Assembly (NCBI GenBank): GCA_002269645.1
Contig: NIVC01000826.1
Location: 41,237 to 105,236 of the forward strand
Reading direction: 5' to 3'
Length of the DNA: 64,000 nt
Origin: Macrostomum lignano
Taxonomy: Eukaryota
Shown: positions 36,148 through 47,409 of the stretch, piece after piece
Numbering within the stretch: position 1 is the first letter of the stretch
Layout of the letters: the number at the start of each line of letters is the position of its first letter
The notes under the pieces: model-generated
Databases searched by the model: none
What the model was told of the DNA's origin: nothing
What the model saw: only the letters and a program-made list of their open reading frames with translations
Translations under genes and position numbers: made by a program

Positions 36148-39100
36148 TGTTAAGTTATTGACAAGAGTCAGTGTGTAAGGCTAGTCAAAAACTCTTATGG
36201 CTCCAACTGGCCCAGCCCCGACTTATATATTTAACTAAGCGAGCGATGTACATTGTAGAACGTACACAAAGCCAGTGCGCATAAATAAAGCATTTTAGCA
36301 TTATTGAATGGATGGATTGAGCTCTCAGTAAAACCAAATCACCCGATACCGATACACAATGCAATACACAACATCTCCTTTACGAAAGTTATTTGTTCGA
36401 AAACGATCTAAATAAAACAGCATTGGTGCGAACTTATATCTCTGAAAAAGGTATTAAAAACGAAACATTGAACAGATACTGTATGGGCATGGCAGGATAA
36501 AAAAACAAAAATCATATTTGTCATTAGGTTAGTAAGTCATGCAATCCGAGATATTAGATGAACACAGAAAGTATTACAATATTATGGCCGAATGCTAAAA
36601 GCTGGTTTTTTTAGATGCTTAAAAAGTTTAAGTTAGCTCAAGAATAACTGCTACATCAAGTGACAGTCACCAGCAACTTACAGTACTCAGGCTGCCTGGT
36701 AATACTCAGGAGTCTTGACAGCTCGGCCACGCATGGTCCGATAAGGCCCATCTCGCTGGAGGCCGGAGGCCGGCTGCACGGAGGCCGGCTGCACGGAGGC
36801 CGGCTGCACGGAGGCCGGCTGCACGGAGGCCGGCTGACAATCTCCCTGCTCGTCCTCTTCGCTGCTCTGTAGGAATTCACCGACTGTCACACCAATCTTC
36901 CGAGGCCTGATGAAGCGGCGGTTCCGTCTGAGCAACTGTCCAGTCTCAGTTCGAACCCAGTACGACCTTGGGGAGTTCTCGCACTCGCTATCAATCTCAG
37001 CTGCCACCCACTCGCGACGTCCGCGTTGTAACCACACCAGATCACCAAATGCTAGCTTCTGCAACGGTCGAGCTCCGCGATTGTACAGCTGCGCTGCTCT
37101 AATGCGCTCTTTTTGAAAAGCCTCAATGCAGGAGTGAAGATGAATTTCCTTTGGCCGCAAGTCCTTGACAGTCGCTGGCAGGTCACATCGAAGCTTACGG
37201 CCGAAAGCCATCTCCGCCGGGCTTGGAAAGCCGCTGCCGACCGGAGTGTTGCGGTAGTGAAGCAGTGCCAACTCCAGACTTTGGCCTGTCTCGGAGCATT
37301 TCTTCAACATGTTTTTAGCTGTCTGTACGTAGCGCTCAGCTCTCCCGTTCGACTGCGGGTACGCTGGACTCGAGGTTCGGTGCTCCACCTTGAATTCAGC
37401 CATTGTCTGTCGAAACTCGCGAGCAGAAAACTGCGGGCCTCCATCACTGACTAGCTTCTCTGGCACTCCAAAGCTTTGAAAATGATCCCGTATCACATTC
37501 GCCACAGCCAATCTTGTGGTTGATCTCATCCGTGTGACACTCATCCAGCGGCTGTAGGAGTCAACGTACACCAAGTAGGATCCACCAGTGAACTCAAATA
37601 GATCAGTCGAACAGACTTGGAACGGAAAATCCGGCATATTCACAGACATCAGCGTTTCTTTGGACTGAGTCCTCATATTGCGCTGGCATGACTCGCATTC
37701 ACTAACGACCTGCTCTACGCAGTTCCGCATTCCTGGCCAGTAGAAATAGTCCTTGGCCTTCAAGTCCATTTTCACGATGCCAGGGTGCCCCGCATGTAGA
37801 ATTTTGAGCACAGATTTCCGGGCGTGGCCTTCAGGCATAGAAGACCGGAGGCATACGTCAAGTCATTTCGGATATCCCAAAAAGGCTTCAGATCATCTGA
37901 CAACTTCGACCGACGCTCTGGCCAACCCTCCTGGATGACAGTTCGCAACCGCTCACTAGTCGCATCTTCTGCTGTCGCAGTCTTTATCATCTGCAAGATT
38001 TCTCGATCACCACTAAAGCAGCGTTCCACCGATAAAACTTGGTCGTCAAGCGCAGTCTCAAGCTGAATAGTGAGAAGATCAGCTGCACCGTGAGCTCGAC
38101 TTAAAGTGTCGGCTACATAAAGGTCTTTGCCTTGCGTGTACTTCACGCGGATGTCATAAGGCTGCAACTGAAGCAGGAGTCGCTGAATTCGAGGAGTAGT
38201 GTCGCACAAAGCCTTTTTAAAGATCGATTCAAGTGGCTTGTGATCGCTTTGCACTTGCACCGTACGACCCCAGATATAACGATGGAATTTTTTTGCAACC
38301 ATAGACGATGGCCAAAAGCTCTTTCTCAATCTGCGCGTACGCGCGCTGAGCACTTGTCATAGCCGAGGACGCGTATTCGACGGGGCGATCCTCTTGAAGC
38401 AGCACTGCGCCGATGCCACTCTTGCTTGCGTCAACTGAGACTGTGACAGGCTTGTTGGTGTCAAACGTGGCTAACACTCGGCTTGAGCATAGTTCCGTGA
38501 CGATCTCATCATACGCTTGGTCGTGTTGATCCACCCAGCTCCATATAACCTCTTTCTTCAGCAGGTGTCTCAGTGGCTCTGCTGTGGCAGACAAGTGTGG
38601 GCAGAATCTGGCCAAGTACGTGACGCAGCCAAGAAACCGCCTCAACTGTTCTTTCTTTGCTGTCACGCCTTCAAGAGAATCGGGTCTTGCCATCTCTTTG
38701 ATCGCTTTAACCTTCTGGGGATCAGCCCTCAGTCCATCTGGTCCGAGAATGTCCCCTAAATAGTTTAGCTCTGGGACTCCAACTTTCACCTTGCTGGGAT
38801 TCAGCGTCACGTTTGCACGCTTGCACTGCTCCATTAGCTGGCGCACCGCCGTATCGTGCTCCTCGATCGTGCGTCCCCACACAATAATATCATCGAAGAA
38901 GTTTTTAGCGTTTTCCACATGGCTGGTAACATTTTTTTCCATGCGTTTCTGAAACACTTCTGGGATCGAAGATAGGCCATACGGCACACGCTTCCACCTG
39001 TATCGACCAAACGGAGTGTGGAAAGTGGTAAGGAACGAACTCTTCTCATCTAGCTTAAGCTGGTGAAAGCTCTCGTTTGTGTTAAATGTGCTAAATACAG

Positions 39101-40980
39101 CGGCTCCAGCAGTTGCCATGCGGACCTCCTCAGCTGTTGGGATTGGGTGATACTCGCGCACAATGAACTGATTCAGATATGTCGGATCCAGGCAAAGACG
39201 CATCGAGCCGTCTCTCTTCCAAACAATGGTGACGTTTGACACCCACTGAGTTGGTTCATCAACCTGGACAATGGTTCCTTTTTTTTCGAGACGCTCTAGC
39301 TCGCACTTCAGTGGCTGATAGGCAGCAAATGGGACCTTCCGTGGTGGCTGGACTTTTGGGACGGCATTTTCAGTCAACTGAATGCTGTACTGCTGTTTCA
39401 TGCACCCAACACCCTTGAAAACGGTTGGATAGTCTGTAAAAAGTTGACTCGAAGTAATCTGAGACTTCTCTACTTTGGTTAGGCTGAGTTGGCTCTTGTC
39501 TATGGCAAAAAGCTTCTTGATGAGTTTTAGCTCATGGAGCGCTGACCTCCAGCCTATTATCGGGGTGGAGTTTTCTCCGACAACTACGAACTGCAGCCTT
39601 TTGTTTTTCTGGCATGGTGAAGACACAGTCAGATATGTCAGTCCAACAACATCTAGCTGCTGTCCGTTGTACGTAGTGAGCATCCATGTCGTGGGCTCGA
39701 TTTTTGCCGATGGAGAAAAACGGGTTAGGCTGCGCAGTGGAATTACATTTACATCTGCTCCCGTGTCAACTTTAAACTGAAGGGCTTTACCCGAATCTTC
39801 TGTTGACAGACTCACCATCATTGTTGAGTGGCCATGCAGAGGCTCAGCTTCCGGTGTCTCAACTGTCATTACTGTCGCTGGGTCTGGTTCTTGATCAAAG
39901 CCTGGCTTGTCCTGTTGATTTTTTTCTTGGAGTTCGTTGACCCTCTTCGAAGACCGGCACGCTGACGCAAAGTGATTCAGTCGTCCACAGCTGCTGCACT
40001 TCTTTCCGTAGGCCGGGCACTTCCTCCGCTCGTGTTGCATAGAGCAGTAGCCACAGCTAGGCCTTGAGGTTGGACCTGAGGATCTAGCTGGTGCCTTGGT
40101 TCGGCCTTGGAGAGCGTCAACAGACACAGCAGGGGGTGCTCGGCTGCCGTGAGCTATGGCCAGAGAAATCGCCTGTCGCTTCGACGTCTCTGAAGCCCTA
40201 CCCATTTGAATAGCGCGGTTGAGATTCAGGTTTTTCTCTCTCAGAAGTCTCTCCTTCAGCGCCGGATCGCTGACTCCTATAACAATCTGGTCGCGGATGA
40301 CGCTATCGCTGACTGTCTCGCCGTTGGCCGGTGTTTCGTAATTGCACCTAGTAACGAGCTGTCGAAGGGAGGCTACGAACTGATCGAAGTCCTCCGACTC
40401 AGCCTGAGTTCTGGTTCTCAACAGGTAGCGATCGAAAGTTTCGTTGCAAAGCGGCTCGCAGTAGTCCTTGAATTGCTTGATTACGTTGTCGTATGTTTTC
40501 ACCTCCTCTGTGGGAAATGTTGAGTACACTTCTTGGCCTTCCGGTCCAAGTGCAGTTAGCAGTATTGCGATCTTAACCTCTTCGCTTTTTTCTGTCTTTT
40601 TTGTAGCCTTCATATAAAAGTCCATCGCCTTGCTCCATCTTCTCCAATTGTCTGCTCGATTGGTGTCGAACACCATCGGCTCTGGAGGCCTCAGTCCTTC
40701 CATTGCTTTGGTAGCTAGTTGAAAATAGAAAGTACTTTTATGCTTGCGACGCCATGTTAAGTTATTGACAAGAGTCAGTGTGTAAGGCTAGTCAAAAACT
40801 CTTATGGCTCCAACTGGCCCAGCCCCGACTTATATATTTAACTAAGCGAGCGATGTACATTGTAGAACGTACACAAAGCCAGTGCGCATAAATAAAACAT
40901 TTTAGCATTATTGAATGGATGGATTGAGCTCTCAGTAAAACCAAATCACCCGATACCGATACACAATGCAATACACAACA
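36148..40980 (-). mobile_element. Full-length Ty3/Gypsy LTR retrotransposon (Mag-like), 4833 bp; LTRs 36148-36373 and 40755-40980
   Basis: The 226-bp LTRs are TG...CA and I see one mismatch between them. 5-bp TSD AGTCT. PBS TGGCGTCGCAAGCA at 40754-40741 and PPT AAAGGAGA. Domain order is gag-PR-RT-RH-IN. Confidence 0.97.
36687..40703 (-). pseudogene. Gag-Pol polyprotein of the Gypsy element, interrupted by two frameshifts (about 38290 and about 37840)
   Basis: CCHC knuckle CSSCGRLNHFASAC, protease VDTGADV, RT FFDD, RNase H VDASKSGIGAVL and YAQIEKELLA, integrase HAGH...CESC with D(STDLF), D(VSDGG), E(AERYV). Extra base in the homopolymer at 38288-38294 and a short deletion before MPEGHARKSV. 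Confidence 0.93.
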
Positions 40981-41787
40981 AGTCTGAATGCCTGCCTAAA
41001 TTTCGTCTATTTCTTATCATCATTTTCAATACACGGCCCCAGATACTTTTGGAGTTGTTCTGCCCTTAGCATGACAATTTGATAATATTAATCCACAATT
41101 TTAGATTGAAGAAGATGCCATCAAACGCGCTTGGAAAGGAAAACTGCCATGCAGCTGTTTGACTGAAACTCATTGACTTAAACGGATATTATCATTGCCT
41201 TAGTGACGCATGAATAAAACTGATTGCACTTAAAATGATGACGAACAAAAAGATTTTTCTTAGCCTTTTTCTCTGCACGTTCGGGAATTTATTTGGAGAT
41301 ACAGCACTGGCTGTTCTGGGAGTGGGTCTGAAAGTTCGGGGTCTCTGATCAAGCCATTGATAAATAGAGGTTGTGCCATAGACAAACATCAATGCGGCAG
41401 GAAAATGGGCACTCTCAGGGTGAGAAGACTTAAATAAAATTGAAATATGAAGCATATTTTCGTGATTTTGAATTAAAAGGGCGTACGTCGAGCAAAAGAA
41501 ACTTTTTGTTCTGGTAGGGATGAAGGCGGCGGTTGCCGTAGGCAAATGTCTCCCAGAACAGGTGGGAGTAGCCAGTCCAGACAGGGAACTATGTCTGGAC
41601 CTTTTCTTCTTGTCGATTGGAGGCTGAAGGCACAAGCTATAGAAATGAAAGGAAAGAAGAGGGAAAGAGATTTGAGCGAGAATCTGTTGCGTCGATAGCT
41701 GTATTTATGAGTTCTGCCCAAACGTACAGTAAACATACAAGTGATAGGACTGGGGGATCATTAAAGTGTGAGATGTGTGAGAAGTGT

Positions 41788-41818
41788 GTTAGTTAGTTAG
41801 TTAGTCAGTTAGTTAGTG

Positions 41819-41859
<41 letters not shown>

Positions 41860-41981
41860 GTTTGTTTGTTTGTTTGTTTGTTTGTTAGTTAGTTAGTTAG
41901 TTAGTCAGTCAGTTAGTTAGTTAGTTAGTTAGTTAGTCAGTTAGTTAGTTAGTTAGCTAGTTAGTTAGTTAGTTAGTTAAC

Positions 41982-42049
<68 letters not shown>

Positions 42050-42128
42050 CAGTCAGTCAGTTAGTTTGTTAGTTTGTTAGTTTGTTAGTTAGTTAATTAG
42101 TTAGTTAGTCAGTTAGTTAGTTAGTTAA

Positions 42129-42187
<59 letters not shown>

Positions 42188-42278
42188 GTTTGTTTGTTAG
42201 TTTGTTAGTTAGTTAGTTAGTTAGTTTGTTTGTTTGTTTGTTTGTTTGTTAGTTAGTTAGTTAGTTAGTTAGTCAGTC

Positions 42279-42313
<35 letters not shown>

Positions 42314-42408
42314 CAGTTAGTTAGTTAGTTAGTTAGTCAGTCAGTCAGTTAGTTTGTTAGTTTGTTAGTTAGTTAGTTAGTTAGTTAGTCAGTTAGTTAG
42401 TTAGTTAA

Positions 42409-42483
<75 letters not shown>

Positions 42484-42523
42484 ACTAGTTAGTTAGTTAG
42501 TTAGTTAGTTAGTTTGTTTGTTT

Positions 42524-42587
<64 letters not shown>

Positions 42588-42793
42588 GTTTGTTTGTTTG
42601 TTAGTTAGTTAGTTAGTTAGTCAGTCAGTCAGTTAGTTAGTTAGTTAGTCAGTTAGTTAGTTAGTTAGTTAGTCAGTCAGTCAGTCAGTTAGTTTGTTAG
42701 TTTGTTAGTTTGTTAGTTTGTTAGTTAGTTAGATAGTTAGTTAGTTAACTAGTTAGTTAGTTAGTTAACTAGTTAGTTAGTTAGTTAGTTAAC

Positions 42794-42845
<52 letters not shown>

Positions 42846-42926
42846 CAGTCAGTAAGTTAGTTAGTTAGTTAGTTAGTTAGTCAGTCAGTAAGTTAGTTAG
42901 TTAGTTAGTTAGTTAGTCAGTCAGTA

Positions 42927-42981
<55 letters not shown>

Positions 42982-43026
42982 CAGTAAGTAAGTTAGTTAG
43001 TTAGTTAGTTAGTCAGTCAGTCAGTA

Positions 43027-43060
<34 letters not shown>

Positions 43061-43084
43061 CTAGTTAGTTAGTTAGTTAGCTAG
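41788..43084 (+). repeat. About 1.3-kb (TTAG)n microsatellite with TTTG/TCAG/TAAC variants
   Basis: Read directly. Confidence 0.98.
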
Positions 43085-43595
43085 TGGCGACTCGAACACA
43101 ATACGAGCTAGTCGTTTGAAAATTACCGAGGCATCCGTGAATACTGTTTCTTCTCAATTCATAAAATTTCTGATACAGGTATGCGTACGAGTAGTTGGTA
43201 GTCAGCTGTCGAATGTTATTTGTGTTTTACTGGTCTGTATTTTTCAGTTTAGTTAATAGTTGTCGCCAATTAAATGCCTTCATCCCACCTACGTACGGTG
43301 TTTTTTTATTTGTTTTTATAACTCTATCCATGGTTATCATTCTAAATGAGGACAGGAACTTCTCTTGCTGTTGTATTCTGCCCCCCACGTCAGGCAAATC
43401 TCAATTAATTTTGATATTATTTCTTCTCGCAACTCTCCCAATAATGCTAATCACACGAATGCAGCAGCGTACCTCTGAAATATGCGGAGAATTAGATGCT
43501 TGAGTGGAAAATTCTCTCGACATTAGAAGGCATTACAGGAGTGACTGACAAACTAAGCGCTAAGTTTAGTATCCCTAATTAACTGCCTTCATCTA

Positions 43596-43613
43596 ACTCA
43601 CTAACTAACAAAC

Positions 43614-43657
<44 letters not shown>

Positions 43658-43660
43658 CAA
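43596..43660 (+). repeat. (CTAA)n microsatellite, inverted relative to the (TTAG)n array
   Basis: Read directly. It abuts the FReD-7 exon 2 remnant. Confidence 0.9.
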
Positions 43661-44285
43661 CTGCCAGCAGTGACTGCTGGACCACCGTGCAGCACAGGGT
43701 GTCCGGCTCAGTGGACTTTTACCGCAATTGGACTCAGTACCAGAGCGAGTTCGGTGAGGGACCCGACGGAAACTACTGGATCGGTGAGCGGTGAATCCAA
43801 TATCTGCCTCATTCGCTTCCTTTTCGGTTGAGCCTGCTACGAGCTGTGCCCGATTTGCAGGTCTGAACTCGCTTCACGAGCTCACGAGGTCTAAAAGCCG
43901 AAAAGTGAGGTTTTTGATCACTGATTGGGACCATTTGGAGACCTGGGCTGAGTACTCCAGCTTCTCAGTCGGTCCTGAGTCTGATAAGTATCGGCTGAGC
44001 GTGTCTGGCTTCTCAACCGGCAGTGCCAATGTGGGCGACAGCTTCTCGCACGGCAACGGCATGCAGTTCAACACCAAAGACAACGACATTTCCGGTAGCA
44101 ACTGCGCTCAGGAATTCTGGAGCCTGGTGGTTCGCCGCCTGCTTTCTCGCCCATCCGAACGGACAGTACAAGAACTTCTCTAAGGCCATCGGAGGTCCGT
44201 ACGCTCAGGGCATCATGTGGATTCATTTTTTGGCGTTCACAACTCCCTGAAAGAGTTCGAGATGATGATCTTTTTGACTGACTAA
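43661..44285 (+). pseudogene. FReD-7, orphan exons 2 (about 43661-43783) and 3 (43861-44285); no exon 1 or acceptor, two frameshifts
   Basis: Exon 2 is essentially identical to FReD-3/5. Exon 3 GLNSLHELTRSKSRKVRF...NCAQEF/GAWWFAACFLAHPNG...SLKEFEMMIFLTD* needs frame corrections near 44118 and 44226-44231. Confidence 0.8.
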
Positions 44286-45119
44286 GAAAATTTGGAAAAC
44301 CTTTCGTCACCAGAAATGCAATCTGTAAGTCGTGATTGTAATCTGTAAGTAGAAATATTTGCAACTGTTTTATTGGCGTTGGTGAATGTAATACGCCTAC
44401 AGTTGTCTACTACTCTCTTGACTATGCAGCGCCATTTCTTAAAACCTCTCGCTCTGCATGTCCCGCAAGCGGTTTTTCTTCAATTCTTGCTTTTTGGCTT
44501 CCTGTCTTGCGAAAGAACTTTCAGTCGTCAGCCAGCAGCCTTCCCGGACTTGCTTTGGCCTCCTGATGCAGCTGCAGCAGCAGACCTTTCAGCCCCTGCA
44601 TTGCGTGCGCGCCGGCTCCGACGTTTGCCCATTTTCTTGCACCTCTTGCCACTCCGACCGGGATGCGATTGTGCAGTCAGGAGCGAAGTTTGGACGCGCA
44701 GGGGACGAGCTGCAATTCCGGCGGGCCGCGCTGCCCGGGGTTCGGGCGATCGAGGCCTGAACTAAGCTGCAGTATTCGAAAGGAAGGCAAAGAGAAAGGG
44801 TGGGCGACTGCATGGCTAAATGCGAAGGATCGCTCTGACATTTCACCCCCTGGTCCACCAGAATTGTGCCTTTCGCTCGCTCTTCCTCCCACCGTCCTTG
44901 AACGGCAAGTCCCTGTCGAATACAACTGCAGCAGCCGGCACTTTCTCCCCAGGAGGCGGCGGCGGAGCAACAGACGTCCCGGGCACCTTTTTCGCGATTT
45001 TTTGGCCCCGGCTATTTGCGTGTTTTCTATTTGAGTCTTTCCTGCCCCCGGCCGGGCCTCTCCTTATTCGAAAGGCGGATTTCGCAAACGAGCGACAGCA
45101 AAGGCGGCACTGACTGACC

Positions 45120-46354
45120 ATGGCGGTGCATCACGTGAGCCTGCGCCGCCCGGACCCGTCCTACTCGTGGGGCTTCCGTCTGCAGGGCGGCATCGACTAC
45201 CAGCTGCCGCTGAGTGTCGAGAGCGTCGCTCCGGGCACCGTGGCCGACCGTTGCGGCCTCGTACGCGGCGACTTCGTCGTTGGCATCAACGGCCAGCCAA
45301 CGGACTACCTGCAGCACGAGGCCGCCAAGATGGCCATCATTCGGTCAGGCAACGAGGTGGCCCTCACTGTGCACCGCGGCAGCGGAGGCGGTGGAGGCGG
45401 GGGAGGCGGGGGAGGCGGCGTAGCTATCTACGATGACTATGAAGGCAGCGGAGGCGGCGGTGGTGGCGGAGGCGGCGGTGGGGTGAACGTCTGGAGGCCG
45501 TCTGTGCAGTCGGTGACGCAGCTCTACCAGCAGCACCAGCAGCAGCGGCAGCAGCAGCAGCAGCAGCAGCACCATGCCCCAGCCGCTAGACCCAGCGGTG
45601 TGGGAAGATTTCCCGCCGGCAGCGGCAGCATGTTCGCCGACCTGCCCAAGGTCAGTGAGAGCTGAATAGAAGTGGCACTTGGGTAGCAGTTAGTGCAACT
45701 GCTCATGATAATTATGAGTAGCAACCCCAAGGGCGGCCTGCCACGTAGTCAAGGTGTGAGCTCGAGCGCTCGCTCAAGGTTCAGCGGGTCGGCCCTGTTG
45801 CTTTGATTGATAAACTCGGACGAATTAAAAGTACATTTCCTCCACATCAATTCGCGCAGGTGACGAACACGTCATTGGCGGCGAACAAAACGGACACGAA
45901 CGTCCGTCACTACGACAACAACTACAACAGCAGCCCGAGGCCGTTCACTCCGCACGGATACGCCTACGGCCCGGCTGCTGCACAGCGTCATCACCGAGGC
46001 GGCGGCGGCGGCGGCACCAGCAACAGCTTCCACCAGCAGCAGCCGCACAGCCCGCACCTGCAAGACTCCACCAACGTGGCTTCAAGCCACGGCTATCGGC
46101 AGGTCCGCCCGCCGGAGCCCGGCGTGCCCCGGCCAGCGCCCGGCGGCGGCGGCGGCGGCGGTTTGATTTGCGCCGCGTGCGGCGAACTCGTCCGCGGCGT
46201 CTTCGTCAACGTCCAGGGCCGGCTGCCGATGCACCCGGAGTGCTTGAAGTGCGCCGCCTGCGGCGTTGGCCTGCGCCACTGCGGCTATTACTGCGTAGAG
46301 GACCGCGTCTTCTGCGAGGCCCACGCCAGGGCGGCCACTGCCGGCGGTCTGTGA
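45120..46354 (+). CDS. PDLIM: PDZ and LIM domain protein (ALP/Zasp-type: PDZ, ZM-like motif, single LIM), about 341 aa; exons 45120-45650, 45860-46354
   Basis: PDZ SWGFRLQGGIDYQLPLSVESVAPGTVADRCGL.RGD.VVGING. Motif VRHYDNNYNSSPRPF. LIM CAAC...HPECLKCAAC...FCEAH. Phase-0 GT-AG intron. Confidence 0.88.
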
Positions 46355-47409
46355 GACACCTTCGGCATGTCTCGCGGAGTGGGAGGGCGCTGGTTGGGGA
46401 TTTGGTTGGCCGCTGACAGCTTTGAAACCTTAGACAGCTGAATCAGGATGCGCTGCACTTTCAGCTGGAGAAAAATTTGGGAATTTTCAGTTTCTTTCGC
46501 AACAGATTTCGCGACATGTTGCCATTGACAAATCCGCGCCAATGAAAGGCAGTAAAAAGGCAGGAACAGCTGGAACTTGGTCTCTGGTTAGAATTTCATG
46601 AATAAACAGCTTAATCGATTTCCCATCGTACTACGTTCTTAACGCATTTTTGCCTCCAATATGGTAATAAATCAAATCGAAATTCCCTCGGGCCAAGCTA
46701 CAGAATATCACCAGAATGCTCGATGAAGCTTATTTGAGAGAAAAACTGCTATTGGAAGAAGTTCTGGAGCGTGTTCTATCTAGTCTACTGTTGGACTGAA
46801 GGTTTTGAGTAGGCGAGTAGCGAATTTTAATGCCAAATATCTCCATGCAGAAAGTTTCAGCTTAATTGATTAGTCTTCTGTAGTCGTTTTTGTACTTTTA
46901 AAAATAAGCAGGCAATATGATTATGGCTATGGAAATGTGCACCATTCTACTTATCTGGAGTCAGTAGGTGGTTGAGGATGCGTCTTGTTATCGCCAATGC
47001 ACTGGCCGGCCGAGCAACATTTACCGGATAATTATTGCGTGTCAAATGTTCGCACACCCTGCCTTAGTTGAGTTGCTTTCACAAACTTCAGTTCCACCCA
47101 CGCTTTTTGCCGCAACCCAAACCGCTTTTGTTGAACTGTTGAATTGAGTTGCAGGGGCTCGATTAGATAGATTTTTACAGAAATAGTTTTCTAAGGAAAG
47201 ATAAGTTGATTTTACAGTTCTTCTACCGTCAGAAGTGTTTCTGAGAAACAGGGCCGATTTCCGAACTTTAAATCTGCCCCCCATATGATGAGTTGATTTG
47301 GTGTGAAATTGTCTATGGCCAAAATCTTGGCATCCAAGTTTGAAAATTGATGTAATAGCTTTAATTCAAGGTTCCTGTTCAACTCGCCCACACATTTCCT
47401 GTTCAATCT

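Noticed and set aside
38280-38300. Programmed ribosomal frameshift in the Gypsy pol
   Set aside because: The break lies within RNase H rather than at the gag-pol junction, and is a one-base excess in a homopolymer. Mutation or sequencing error is more likely.
41788-43084. (TTAG)n as an interstitial telomere
   Set aside because: The unit is the 4-mer TTAG, not TTAGG or TTAGGG.
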